From contig NW_021832433.1 of NCBI RefSeq assembly GCF_006345805.1, positions 1 through 64,000 on the forward strand: a stretch of DNA of 64,000 bases. The letters are read 5' to 3'. The notes beneath the pieces are model-generated. The model was not told the DNA's origin, ran no database searches, and saw only the letters and a program-made list of their open reading frames with translations. The translations under genes were made by a program, and so were the position numbers. Origin of the DNA: Octopus sinensis. Taxonomy: Eukaryota. Below are positions 26,087 through 40,105 of the stretch, in pieces. The stretch's first letter is position 1. Every line of letters begins with the position of its first letter.

Positions 26087-26949
26087 GGACACACACACAC
26101 ACACACGCGCACAGAGGACTTATCTGTTATGTGATTCACCGATTGTTGCGTTCATGTCTCACGTAAGTCAGCTTTGTTTTTCGTCCTTTCGAGGGGTCGA
26201 TAAATAAAGTACTAATCTGTAACTTAGCAGCTTACCTAAGAGATCGCTGGAATAAATACCAGGCTTTAAAAAAATACAAAATTCTTCACTGCCGTGCTCC
26301 AGTATGGCCGTAGGTAAGAAATAATTGAGAATCGGGAAACGAAATCTAACCCTCGCCTCTGTCTCTTTCTTGCTCTTTGCTCTCTCACTCCCTCTCTATC
26401 ACACTCTTCTCTCTCCCTCTCCGCCTCCCTCCATTTTTTACCGTTCCTCTTTGTCACTCTTCCTTTCTCTCTTATCTATCTTGCTCCTTCTCTCTCTTAT
26501 CTCACTCCCTTTATCTCTCTCTTTCTAGTTGATATCATTAATTCAGTTGTGCAGCCTTATCCCATTGCTCCACATTCATTCTGCCTGAGAATTACAGGTG
26601 CATGCGGAATACTCAGCCGCTTACAGGTTTAATTTTACGAGTTGTAATTCAGTTGTTAAAAACAACAACAACAAAAAAAGCCTGAATACTCATCGTCGCG
26701 GCTGACGGAGGAGCCGTCAGTCAGCCGTTATTGAAGCGTCCGATGATCAAAGCCATACCACCTGTGGCCATCCCTTCAATTTTTCCTATATTTACGGAAC
26801 GCATTATGGAATATCTGCTTCCGTATGTGTGTTGCAAGGGTTTGATTGAGATTTGGTTGCTAATTTTAGCAGGTCGAACAACCACTTGGAGGCTCCCACG
26901 TTGGACCCTGTTTTTGTTGTTGTTGCTGTTATTATTATTATTATTATCA

Positions 26950-26987
<38 letters not shown>

Positions 26988-27053
26988 GTTGTTGTTGTTG
27001 TTGTTGTTGTTATTATTATTATTGTTGTTATTATTATTATTATCATTATTAAG

Positions 27054-27252
27054 AAGGCAAGCTGGCAGAATCGTTAGCACGTTATAAAGCGGCATTAGAG
27101 CATAAAGTCGGAAGAAATGCCACGGAAGTCGACTTTGCCTTTCATCCTTTCGAGGTCGATAAACCAAGAATCAGTGAAGCACTGCGGTTGATGTAATCGA
27201 TTAATCCCTTACCCCAAACGTGAGGCATTGTGGCAAAATTTGAAACCATTCT
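27054..27252 (+). mobile_element. SINE-B
   Basis: AAGGCAAGCTGGCAGAATCGTTAGCACG...GTCGACTTTGCCTTTCATCCTTTCGAGGTCGATAAA...GCATTGTGGCAAAATTTGAAACC. Confidence 0.8.
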
Positions 27253-27334
27253 TCTTCTAATTATAATATTGAGTGAGAGAGTAGCGCATTCCATCAAAGT
27301 GACATTGGGATACAAATATACGAAAACCGGTTTA

Positions 27335-27776
27335 CTCACCATGACTACCCGTCTGATAAGAGTACACTAGGTACATGCATCACAACCATATGTGCGTGAC
27401 ATGGTAATCTCATATGAAGACAAACAGCGCATGACCTTGCAGGTGGGGCCCAGTTAGAATTTTATTCAGGTTGAGTAGTCCATCTCGCTCAAAAGGTCCC
27501 TGAATAAGGTTTATTTTCCAAACCCCAAAGGATTCCTCTCAACACATGGCTATGATGCTCTCCGACTACTTCTGCTCGTGTTCAGAGGTGCACATATCAT
27601 CAGCTACTAAGGGGCATGCTCAACAGGTTAAGGTAAAAAAACTGACGGTCAAATCTATGGTATTGAACAGAATATTTGCTGTAGCCCATCGTTTATACGA
27701 AGACAAATTGAGATAACGCTTCTAATCAGTTAAGATCAGAAGCCATGAAAGCCATTGCCTGCATCTGCAACGGGGC

Positions 27777-27780
<4 letters not shown>
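27335..27780. repeat. Unclassified interspersed repeat (recalled as common in octopus genomes)
   Basis: Recognition from memory of the CATGCATCACAACCATATGTGCG...GGTGGGGCCCAGTTAGAATTTT...AGTTAAGATCAGAAGCCATG sequence. It is single-copy in this window. Confidence 0.4.
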
Positions 27781-27810
<30 letters not shown>

Positions 27811-27831
27811 GTTATTATTATTATTATTATA

Positions 27832-27875
<44 letters not shown>

Positions 27876-27955
27876 CATTATTTATAATTGTATATTTCTC
27901 CTGCTGTTATTACTACTGATGTGGCCACTACTACTACTATTACTACTACTACTAT

Positions 27956-28011
<56 letters not shown>

Positions 28012-28330
28012 TTGTGGCTACTATTATACTACTACCACTGCTAACACCAGCATTCCCGTTATCACCCCTCCTCCTGCTGCTGCTGCTGCTCCTCCTCCTC
28101 CTCCTCCTCCTACGACTACTACTACCGTCACAACCACCCACTTACGTTACCTCCATCTTCATCATTGCTACATTCACCGCCATCAACACCATCTCCACAT
28201 TCCGCAAATTTCCCTACTTCCTCCACATCACCCTCTTCCACCTCCTCCTCCTCCTACTACTACTACTATTACTACTGCTACTACTACTACTACTACTGCT
28301 ACTATTACGCTGTTTTTCTCCTCCTCTCTC
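27780..28330. repeat. Compound trinucleotide microsatellite (ATT)n/(ACT)n/(CCT)n
   Basis: Direct reading. It is the source of the spurious poly-I/L/T ORFs. Confidence 0.95.
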
Positions 28331-29263
28331 GCTCCCCCTTTCCTCTCCCTCTTCCTCTTCAGTCACCTTAATCATTTCTTCTCAGACATTTTGATCATTA
28401 ATCAACACACACTGACATTAGCTTCATCAATAAGACAATCACTAACTTAATCAGTTGATCAAATGATCTACGTCGGGATTAATTACAACGCCGCCGCCGC
28501 CACCACCACGATGACCACCACTACCGCCGCCAAAACGTTCACTGGTACATCCGCGTGATAAACACACAAAACCTACCAAATATAGACATACGCTCACATA
28601 CATAAAAAGTGTACTTGTAGAAATATACGTATATGTGTGTATTTACATTTATGTACATATATTTATATGCATATAGGTATTATATATGTACCTGTATATA
28701 TATATATATATATATACACATATATATATATATATGTGTGTGTGCATGTGTGTATGTTGTGTGTGAGTGTTTATATATATATATATATATATAATATACT
28801 ATTATATATATATATTATATATATATACATATATATATATATATACGTACGCATATATATATGTATGCATGTATGCAATTTATGCATATATATATATACG
28901 TGTGTGCGTGTATGTGTCTAATTATATTAAAATATAATTATGTATCGATGTGTGTTATTAATCTGAGGATACATAAGTCGTTTTTAATTCCCTCTCCATG
29001 AAACATATCAGAAATTGTAAATTTTCAAATAAAATATTGTGTATGGAATTACAGGCTTTCATTGTACACTGGCTATAGAAAATAGTTTAACATTAGGGCA
29101 TCGAAACCCCTCGTAACGAAACAAAATGGGCATCAGTATGTGAAGGAGTGGGGTTTATGTGCCATAATATTAAAGTATCTTCGAGAGTCAATATACGCTG
29201 AAGGCTTATAATTCCATTTACAAAATTCCAATCGCCTCTGCTTCCTAATTCATGCAAAATTCG

Positions 29264-29325
<62 letters not shown>

Positions 29326-29454
29326 ATATATATGACATTAATAGGTGTGTGTTAAAGGTGCACGGTTTGGTTTGCAACTGAAAAAAAGGTGGTGTCGAAA
29401 CTGCTTATCAAGGATGGCTAGAAGTGGTTCATCTTTTAGCGGGTAGATATATAT

Positions 29455-29669
29455 TCTTTTCTAATCTAGGCACAAGGCTGGCAATTTTGAGGGAGGGTAC
29501 CAGTCGATTAGCTCGACACCAGCACGCAACTGTTACTTAATTTATCGACCCCGAAGGGATGAAAGGCAAAGTCGACCTCAGCGGAATTTGAACTCAGAAC
29601 GTAAAGACAGACAAAATGCCACTAAGCATTTTGCCCGGCGTGCTAACGTTTCTGCCAGGTAGCCGCCTT
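29455..29669 (-). mobile_element. SINE-B, near full length
   Basis: TTTATCGACCCCGAAGGGATGAAAGGCAAAGTCGACCTCAGCGGAATTTGAACTCAGAACG...GCTAACGTTTCTGCCAGGTAGCCGCCTT. Confidence 0.85.
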
Positions 29670-29804
29670 CGGGTAGATATATATATTACAAACAGAATGA
29701 ACGACCAAAACCTGTGGTGTCATTTGAGAACATTTAATCTGTAATTTAAAGAGGATGCAGTGTAGTTATATTAAATACCTAAAGTTTCTTAGAGCTGTTT
29801 CTAG

Positions 29805-29840
<36 letters not shown>

Positions 29841-30449
29841 CATATATCTTATTAGAGGTTAAAATAGCCTCGTTATGGAATAATAATAATAGTCCGCTGA
29901 GATGATTTGAAAACACAACACCTAATAACCTTACAGTATATTTTTTCCTCCCCTCTGATAAGATTTTGCATAATATAATGATTTAAGTATTGCGATTTAT
30001 TTTTAAACTAAACTGAAACAGCTGTAAGCAAATATGTTGGATTTTTGCAGTTAATAAATTATATTAATGCTACATCTCCATTTTCTAACTTTTGTTGTAT
30101 ATATATATATGTATGCATAAATTTTTTGCACGACCATCATTATGACACCCAAGAGACAATCACTACTGTTGCCAATAATAAAGAAATCAATGCTTACGCC
30201 ACCTCTTCAACATTGCAAACACGACCAGTGGAAGCACTGTAGTCGTAACTATTGATGACCACAACTGTCACCACTATGGCAGTGGAATTCTTTGAACAGC
30301 TGCCACCACCGCTTCCGAATACCAAACTACATACTACCTCCATCGCCACTATACCACTACTACTACTATTATTGCAACCAACACCACAACATGAATACCG
30401 TTATCTACTTAGTGCTCCTGTTTGCCAGAGAAGCGTCGCGAACAATCAA

Positions 30450-30565
<116 letters not shown>

Positions 30566-30984
30566 GAGAAAGAGAGCATATGTATATACATCTTTATGTA
30601 TACTATTTATATGTATATTCGTTACTATATACGTGTATTATGACTATACATGTACGTGCTTATATATATATATATATATATGCACGTACATGTATAGTAA
30701 TATCTGTAATTATGTAAATATTTTAGAAATATTTGTTATCCTATACAAATATAAATTAATAGATATATATCTGTAAATATGTAAAACTTCAAACATGGAT
30801 TGAGTGTTTAGATTTAACCCAAAAAATATACACACTGTTAAATGTATATACTTCCTGCTTCACATGTAATAGATGTGTATATAAATAAGCAAATTTAACT
30901 TGGCGTTTATTTGAGCAGATATGAATTGGTGTATATTATATTGCATAAGTTAGTAGGCAAATAGATTTGCGAGGCGATGATTGA

Positions 30985-31080
<96 letters not shown>

Positions 31081-31217
31081 CGTCTATATTTCACACACAC
31101 ACACGATGACTTCGTTTATGGCGATTCTGTTGTTTATATTATACTATACACAAGTATTGCGTGATTGTTCTTCACCAGAATCCTTATAATTGCTACGGTA
31201 ACACTTATACAAGAGTT

Positions 31218-31250
<33 letters not shown>

Positions 31251-31261
31251 TATATCAGAAT

Positions 31262-31400
31262 CTTACTTCCCAGCCCCATGGTTCCAGGTTCAGTCCCGTT
31301 GCGTGGCACCTAAGGCAAGTGTCGTGTCTACTATAGCATCGGGCCGAATAAACCCTTGTGACTGGATATATTAGACGGAAACTGAAAGAAGCCCGTCGTA
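31262..31400 (+). mobile_element. SINE-A head
   Basis: CTTCCCAGCCCCATGGTTCCAGGTTCAGTCCCGTTGCGTGGCACC...AGACGGAAACTGAAAGAAGCCCGTCG. Confidence 0.8.
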
Positions 31401-31639
31401 CATATATATGCACTTGGTCGTCGGTTTCGATATATGAAAATCCGACAATCTACACTTTCTTTGTCAGTCGTAATGCTTATGTAGAGTTTGACATTTGAAT
31501 TTTGCCAACAATTTGCAAAGAAGCCATCAGATGCTGCATGTATGAGGATTACAGGTCATTGCAGACGGTATATTTGCAGCCACTTCTTTCCTTTGACTTG
31601 CATCCCTAAAACTGTTAATGGTGTTTGAAACAAAGTCTC

Positions 31640-31920
31640 TTATACCATCTTGACACGACGATCTCCATTTTCTTCGCTGGAAGGCTGTTTCCTCAAAGGT
31701 GTTGGGAACTGACTCCCAAAGTTGATGACTGCTAAGAGGCTACTCTTTAGCTTGTCCTTGTTTCTGATCCATGGTCCACCAACGTTCCTGTGTCCACTAT
31801 CAAGCTCGCTGTACACGAGGGCTTTGGGTATTCTTTCGTCACTCATTCTGATGACATTCTGTCCAGCGCAATTGTGACTGCATAAGGAAGCCCTGCGCGT
31901 TGTCTTCCTGTTCATGCGCC
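31640..31920 (-). mobile_element. RTE-clade LINE ORF2 C-terminal fragment
   Basis: The supplied ORF contains VIRMSDERIPKALVYSELDSGHRNVGGPWIRNKDKLKSSL, matching the RTE consensus (H)V.RM...R.PK..LY.EL..G.R..G.P..R.KD.LK. Confidence 0.85.
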
Positions 31921-32881
31921 TCTAAATAGGGAAGCGTGCAGTGGACTGGCCTTCTGATCAATGGAAACGTTGGTTTGCTCACCTAGCCAGTTGGGTGGCA
32001 TCATTCACATAGCTAAAACGAGGCAAAGCGTATGATGTTCAGTGATGTATAACTACATCCAATAGTCCTGTCGATCGCGTCATATACACATGTATGTATA
32101 ACTGTTGATTCACCAAAAGCAATACATCTCAGAACTCTATACAAGCGTAGAGTATTCCTCCCTACTTTATAACTGAAAAGATCCAATTTCCAGCGCTTAG
32201 TGTTACTCGTTTCCGACCATCATCTCGTTAACTGAGCCTGATTATTTTTCAATTATTCTCTGTAATCAGTTGTTAGAACTCAATATATTCTTTTTAATAC
32301 AACGAGTAAAGCGTTAGGAGAGTAGAGATTGTAATATTAATTAATGAATGTCAAAAGAAGGGGAGTTGCCCAATCACATTCATTAGCTTACAGCTTTTTC
32401 TGCTATTAGAAACAGTGTGTATAAGATGACTACTCGAGCATGTTACAGCTTCCCACGAGCCATTGCGATCAGAATGTCTCCAGGATTGCATCTTAGTCAA
32501 CTTGCGTATTTTGTCCCCATGCAAAGTATCAACTCGGAATCTGGTGGTCACTATAACCAGTAGAACCTACTTCCCAATATCAGCATACGCGAGTATGCCA
32601 GGACCAAATTCTACATCGTTGATGCAATTGGCATTTGAAACAGGAACGCAATTATATTTTTGAACGGGCATTTGTGACAGCAATCAACCACCGTATTTAC
32701 TCGTGAATGAGTCCCACGTCCCGTGTTTCATTTAAAATCAAATATAATATAATGCGTCTTATGCACGAGTATTATACACGTTGTATTAAGGTTGACTGAT
32801 TATAACATGATACTCATCCAAACTTCTGAACTCTACAGTCAGAACTTAACCATTGCATTCAATTTAATGTATTCCTTGTGG

Positions 32882-33092
32882 AAGGCGGCTAGCAGGCAGA
32901 AACGTTAGGACACCAGGAGTAATGCTTAGCGGTATTTCATCTGTCTGTATGTTCTGAGCTCAAATTCCGCCGAGGTCGATTTCGCCTTTCATCCTTTCAG
33001 AGTCGATATATTAAGTACCAGTTGCGTACTGAGGTCGATCTAATCGACTGGCCTCATCCCCCAAAATTTCGGGCTTTACAGTAGAAAAGAAT
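32882..33092 (+). mobile_element. SINE-B, full length
   Basis: AAGGCGGCTAGCAGGCAGAAACGTTAG...CAAATTCCGCCGAGGTCGATTTCGCC...AAGTACCAGTTGCGTACTGAGGTCGATCTAATCGACTGGCC. Confidence 0.85.
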
Positions 33093-33110
33093 GTATTCCT
33101 CATGAAAATA

Positions 33111-33590
33111 TACTGTAATCCCACGTCATATACCGGTTCACCTATCGTGCACCAGGTACATTGCGGATTTTTCTGGCTAATATCTATAAATTTATATCGC
33201 AGATTCCTCAGTATGTCGCGGGTTTCTAGGTGTTTATATTTTTTTAGATTTTAGTAATTTCTTTGGTAAAATAAACATTTTCACGCCTAAAAATTAATAA
33301 ATTAATTAATAAAAGTAGGGTACTGCATTGTATAACACATTAATTAAAACATATTAAAAGAAAATACGTAGTGTACCGCAGATAAGTAAACAAACAATCG
33401 CACATACTGTATGGAAAACGAAACTTGGGAGGCGTGTGTGTGGTATTATTTTTTGGGGGGGGGATTTATAATAAAATATATGCAAATTATAAAAATGATA
33501 AAAATATATACAGTAATGTTTCTTCTTTGCGGATTTTCACCTATCGCGTGAGGTTTAGGAACGTAACACCCGCGAGGTTGTTACGTTCCA
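33111..33590. mobile_element. Tigger/pogo-like non-autonomous DNA transposon remnant
   Basis: It begins TA-CTGTAATCCCACG, contains the repeated subterminal motifs TTCACCTATCG and GCGGATTTT, and has an AT-rich core. The family assignment is from memory. Confidence 0.5.
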
Positions 33591-34287
33591 AATAATTACA
33601 AGGCACAAGTAAGAAAATCACTGAAAGTAACTTACCTAAGATCATCAAATCTTGATATTTCTTCGTATATGTTCCGTGTTGGCAGGTAGAGTAAGTTGTC
33701 AATGATATGCAGAAGCCCGTTCACACACCAAATATCTGAAACTATTATCCGGGCTGTAATATGGCCACCTTTGACGAAAATTGCTGCAAAAAAGAAAAAA
33801 AAAAAGAATTAAGAAAATAGCTTAAAGAATCGAGTTATTATATATATCAATTCTGTCAAAGAAGTCACTTAATCGATGTAAATAATTGCAAGGCAAACAC
33901 GGGCGCATGCGATGCACATACACACGAGAGCAATACATCTTAATAAACATAAAATGAACGTTTCCAGATTGACAAAGATGCTCCAAACGGAATTGAATAG
34001 AAATTCTTCGCTGTTTAACAATACAGAATAAGACACTATTGATTGTGTTTTGGGATCCGTCAATTGATATTAGGTTAGATGCAGGGTGTGACGAAAACGT
34101 CCCTCATTTTACAGACCATCAAACATTTCAGTAGCAGGCGCACGGTATGCTTCACACCAAAACATGATAGTAAATGAGGAGAACGAAGACGTCGTTACTA
34201 CTTATTTAACTCCAGCACTTCCACGCTAATAGTTATCTACAATTTAAATGGTTTTCGTATATGTGTGTGTTCTTTTATTATTTTATT

Positions 34288-34446
34288 TGTTTGTCATTTG
34301 ACTGCGGCCATGATCGAGCGCCGACTTTAGTCGAACAAATCGACACCACGACTTACTCTTTGTAAACACATCAACATCGGTTGTCAAGCAATGGTAAGGA
34401 GACAAGCACAAGCACACACACACACCACACACACACACACACACAT

Positions 34447-34536
<90 letters not shown>

Positions 34537-34640
34537 AACACGTGGTTCTTTCAGTTTCCGTCTGCTAAATCCACTCACAAGGCTTTGGTGAGCCCGAGGC
34601 TATAGTAGAAGCCATTTGCCCAAGGTGCCACGTAGGAAGC
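34288..34640 (-). mobile_element. SINE-A with internal (CA)/(TA) microsatellite
   Basis: CATTTGACTGCGGCCATG...TCGGTTGTCAAGC...TTCTTTCAGTTTCCGTCTGCTAAATCCACTCACAAGGCTTTGG...CCCAAGGTGCCACG. Confidence 0.85.
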
Positions 34641-34859
34641 ACAAGTCTAAGCACTGACAGGGGAGATAACCAAGCGAGCGCGATCAGCATACTAGCCTAG
34701 TTTCGCTGCATATATATATCAACAGCCAATCATGAGCGAGCACGCTCGGTAAAAACGCTCTGTGCTTTCGCCAATTGTTTTAGATATTTATTGGCGAGGG
34801 GGCATGGAACCTTTTGTGTCCCCTGACCCTCATGTGGCAGCAATTTTCATATACAATAT

Positions 34860-34965
34860 TAAGTGAAATGCTGTGCTCAAGAGTAGAATGCGCTGTTCGG
34901 TCAAGGGCTTGAATCTATTATCATCATGATTATGAGCGGGGAGCTCCCTAACCACTAGGCTACGC
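34860..34965 (-). mobile_element. SINE-C head fragment
   Basis: GTGAAATGCTGTGCTCAAGAG...TAACCACTAGGCTACGC. Confidence 0.5.
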
Positions 34966-36236
34966 AGAATGTACTTCAGAATGATCGCATTTTCTTAGTG
35001 TTGTGGAAATTTGATACCAGAATCAAGCTACGTGGTCAGTAAATTCAGGAGAAATGACACATAATTTTGTTTCATGTTAAGAGCTCCATTAGTGGTCATT
35101 GAAAGTCCTAAAAGAAATAGCCAGTTCTGCTTCACGAGAACCAGCCTACGTGGTCAGCAAAACTGCTAAAATTAATAGCCAATTCTACTTCATAAGTTGA
35201 GTCTGCAAATCTAATTACATACATTCGACAATCGCAAATAACTGTCAAGCGTATTTGATTATGTCTAATTCACACACACACAATATCGATTACCATATAA
35301 GTTTGTTATGAAGTATATTATAGTTTAAGTACTTTGCCTAAGGCCCAAAACCTTTTGATGGAGTGTTGAGGTGGTCGTGATTGTCACTGATGTTCATTGT
35401 ACAATTTTTGTTAATCTTGTGGCGGAGGTAATGTTGATGATGGTTATGACCGTTCTCCGTACTATAGTTATCTCTGTAGTTCTTAGGGCTTGCTTTTACC
35501 GTTCCATATTTCTGTCTTAGAACCCATATTTGATCTACTGCTGGTGTTGTTGTTCTAGTTTTAGTTGGTTTATTGTTGCTGTTCTGATTATTGATTACAT
35601 TTCTTTACTATTAATATTGATATTTATGCTGACGTTAATGTTGAATCGAAGTAGTTGTTGTTGTTGTAGAAGTTGTCATTGAAATTGGATTAAAATGTTT
35701 CCTATATTCTAGATTCAATTCCCTCAGTTCCTTTTTCTTTTTTTTTTAGTAAGTTACCAACCTTCTCCCCGCCGCCATCTTTGCTCCGCTCCGATGCTCT
35801 CTTGCACGTATTTCAACGAAGTAATTCCGTATATCACACATCATTCAGCCATCAATATTCGATATATTCACCTCCACCACTACCACTACGGCTCCTGCTA
35901 CTACTGCTGTCAAACGATAGCGCCACCACTAGCTAGTGCGAAAGACGCGATTGAATTTTAACAATATTACATTCCACACGAACCCTTCACCTCCCATGTT
36001 GTAAAGTACAACTGAAATGCATTAAGATACATTGGGGTTTGAGGTTTCACCCAGATTTGTGGATTTATGTAGTGTTTAACTGTATCTATTGTATGTGTGT
36101 GTGTGTGCGTGTGTGTGTGTGTGTGTGCGTGAGAGAGAGAAGTTAGATAGAAAATATAACAGATAGCTATTTACCTATACATCCATCGCTTCATCTATCT
36201 AGATATGTGACAGATATGTTCTCTCCGTCCGTCCAC

Positions 36237-36297
<61 letters not shown>

Positions 36298-36324
36298 CAC
36301 AAGCATATGTATACACAGGTATGC

Positions 36325-36418
<94 letters not shown>

Positions 36419-36831
36419 CCTTTGAATTGTTGCTGAAAATATAGGTGATGGACTTTGATAAACAAACACTGGAAGCTCTTATATTAATAATGGCAAAGAT
36501 TTACCAGACGAACTTTAGAAAAATGTCGCATACTTTTATTGTGAGAGTACAAATCTGTTATTCTTGAGCAAGAATATTATTGTCAGTGACTTCGAACGAC
36601 TGCGATGCATTGAAGTTAATCTTGGCTTTATATAATCTGTGTTCAGTGAAAATCTTCCTTGCGTTCGGGTGGAATGGTAATTAGGTCATAAACACAAATT
36701 TATGAAACCTTTCTCCAGAACGCCTTTACATCACAACCCACCCTAAAACTTAATTGTCTCTCCACTCAAATCCACCCAAAGAAGATTCTAACTCTGCAGA
36801 TTATATAAAGTCAAGATTAACTCCAAGGCAT

Positions 36832-36879
36832 TGCAGTCTGACGAGGGTTTAACTGGCCAAAACTTCGAAGTCACTGACA
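36832..36879 (+). ncRNA. Decayed minimal type I hammerhead ribozyme (G12>A)
   Basis: CAGU-CUGACGA-GG GUUUAACUG GCC-AAAA-C UUCGAA GUC^ACUG. Stem I CAGU:ACUG pairs, stem III is the palindrome ACUUCGAAGU, and the core has AAAA instead of GAAA. Confidence 0.55.
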
Positions 36880-37122
36880 GTAAATATATATATAAGTTGT
36901 CTGGAGGCAAAGGAGAGGGGATATGTTTCAGCTAATGGCGGGAATTTTAACCACAAACACAGAAACGTACATACACACACACGTGCGCGCGCATGTGAGG
37001 TGAGATGACATCATCAAGTGAACTTTCTATTTATTTAATACTCTCTTATTGTTGAAATAGTTTGTGCATATGTATAGGTTTGTATATATGTATGTATGTA
37101 TGCATGTGTGGTCGTTGTACTT

Positions 37123-37310
37123 GTAATTCAACAGGGACCAGCCTTGTCACATTCTGTGTCATGCCGTATCTCCTTGAGAACTAAGTTAAAGGTACACGTG
37201 TCCGTGGAGTACTCAGCCACTTGCATGTTAATTTCACGAGCAAGCTATTCCGTTGATCGAATCAGTTGGGACCCTCGTCGTCGTAACCGACGGAGTGCTC
37301 CTGCTCCTAA
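37123..37310 (+). mobile_element. SINE-C 3' half
   Basis: CCAGCCTTGTCACATTCTGTGTC...CAGCCACTTGCATGTTAATTTCACGAGC...CCCTCGTCGTCGTAACCGACGGAGTGC is the reverse complement of 56375-56545. Confidence 0.8.
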
Positions 37311-37666
37311 GTATGTATGTATGTATGTATGTATGTATGTATGTATGTATGTATTATGTATGTATGTATGTATGTATGTATGTATGTATATGTATGTGCT
37401 ACATGTGTATATGTATCGGCTGCTACGCACTTAGCTGTTTAAGACTTATACTAAGTGGCTTTATAAGCGAGTCCTGTTCTTATTTTTGTGCTTATTCTGT
37501 GTGCGTGGAGAGTCCATTACTCGTTTACAGTTTCGATTTATTCCACTGTGCGCTTTATGTGTTGAAATATAAGGACTGCATATATGCGTGCGTTTTAAAA
37601 CGAGATTTTACGTGACTATATAAAGTTTTTATGGCGTTTTTCCTTTAAAGTCTTCGATGTGTTTTA

Positions 37667-37740
<74 letters not shown>

Positions 37741-38099
37741 ATGAATAATCACAGTTTATATATATATGCACACATACACATGTATGAAATGTATGTATCT
37801 GTGCTCTATATTTTTGATTTTTGTGTTATAAGCTATATGTGTGTGTGTGTATGCATATATATATATGAGTATATATGTATATAAGTAAATATATACATAT
37901 ATGTATATATATGTATATATATGTATATATATGTATGTATATATGTACGTGTATATATATGTATATAAATATATATATATATATGTGTATGTATGTATAT
38001 ATGCATATGTATATATGTATATATATATGTGTATATATATATATGTATATATATATGTATATACATATGTGTGTGTATGTATACATATACATGCATATG

Positions 38100-38131
<32 letters not shown>

Positions 38132-39100
38132 CATGCATATGTATATATATATGCATGCGCACACAGAGATTATATAAAGTGTATTGGAATATATTTTACG
38201 CGGTAACAGGTTGTAGCCATTAAAATTTGGCGTCGACTTTTGTGGATCGAAAAAAACATTTTCTTCCCGCCCATTAAAATCATGTTCAGTGTCAAATTTA
38301 TTTTATATCTTTACAACTTTTCCGCCATCTTGTTTCTTTATAAATTTTATTAAATCTTTCTTTCGTCTATTTATTTATTGGCAAGGCTTACATCAACAAC
38401 TGCTATTAAGTTTCAATTCTTCTCCATGATGTTCTCATTGGACGTCTTCAGGGTCTACATGTGTCTCTGGCTGTTTTATTCTCGATGTGTGTGTGTTTTT
38501 CTTCGAAATCTATTGATTTATGGTGGGTTCTTTATTTTTAATGTTACATCAACAACTTCTGCTGTGATGTGCGTTTTTCATTTGTTTTATTCATCTTGAT
38601 TTTTATTCAGCTACTCTGCGCGCTGTGTGTTCGTGTTAGCCTGCGAATGAATGTACGCGTACGAGCTCCATAGCTGTAGCAGAAAACAACAACAACAATA
38701 ATAGCAGCAATAAAAATAATAATAGTAATGATGATGATATTAGTGTAGCTGTCGCTGCCCTTGTGGTTGTTGTTATTGATGTTGTAGATTAATTTTGATA
38801 TTGTAGTTGTTGTTGATGTAGTGTTATGTTGTATTTAGTATTTTTTAAATGTATTGATGTTCGCTCTATGTGTGTGTGTGTGAGTGAGTGTGTGAGTGAG
38901 TGTAAGTGTGTGTGTGTGCACATGTGGGTTTTGTTAACGTTGTTGTCGATGTTGCAGTTTTGTGTTGCATTTCGAGTACATTTATTGCTCCCACTCTCTC
39001 TCTTTCACTCACTTTCTCTGTATACACACACACACACATACTTATACATTAACACGCACATGTATACTTCTTATATGTGCTTGCGTGTGTTATTGTATAA

Positions 39101-39134
<34 letters not shown>

Positions 39135-39398
39135 ACACACATATATATATATATGAGCACACATAAATGAAAGAACGGACATACGTGTGTATGTATCAGT
39201 GTATGTATGTATGTGTGTGTGTATGTATATATATATTATATTAATATATATATATATGCATATATGCACCGTTATATATATGTATAAATGCACAGATATA
39301 TATACATATATGTACATACCGATATATATGCATATATATATACACCCATAAATATATATATGCACCGATACACACACACGCACACACACACACACACA

Positions 39399-39456
<58 letters not shown>

Positions 39457-40058
39457 GTTTGTATATATATGTGTATGAGGTCATTTTTTTAATGTATTTC
39501 TTACGGGATATTGATTATATTTAAGTTACATCAGCGAACACTATTACATTATTTTATTGCTTCGGCACTCTGCGGGGTTTTTTTTTTCGAGGGCGAAGGG
39601 GAGGTTTATCTATATTATTTCGGGGTGTTTTAGATATGTATATATATGCGTATAACTGTGCGTGAGTATTATATTTCTGGAGTTGCATATCATTTATGTG
39701 TGTATCTATGTATGACTGTGCGTGTATGGTCGCTCTCGCGCCAAGAACTGCTTCTCTGCCATACTTCTTTTCTTCCGTGTGTATGTGAAGTGATAAGAAT
39801 AAGCGTTTCACTTAAGATTCCTACTTGTCGTTTTCTATGGGTTTTCTTGCCATCCATATGGATTTTACTTTGTCTCTCGCTCTCTCTCTCTCTATCTATC
39901 TTTGTATCTATCTGTCTATCTATCTATCTATCTATCTAGTGATTTCTCTCTCTCTCTCTCTCTCTCTGCGCGCCTGTATGCGGCAGTACGTACGTATGTG
40001 TGTGCGTATATGTGTATGTATGTATGTATGTATGTATGCATGTATGTATGTATGTATG

Positions 40059-40105
<47 letters not shown>

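Noticed and set aside
34658-34826. CAGGGG...CCCCTG putative hAT MITE with a CCAAT box
   Set aside because: The TIR match is short and no 8-bp TSD is present.
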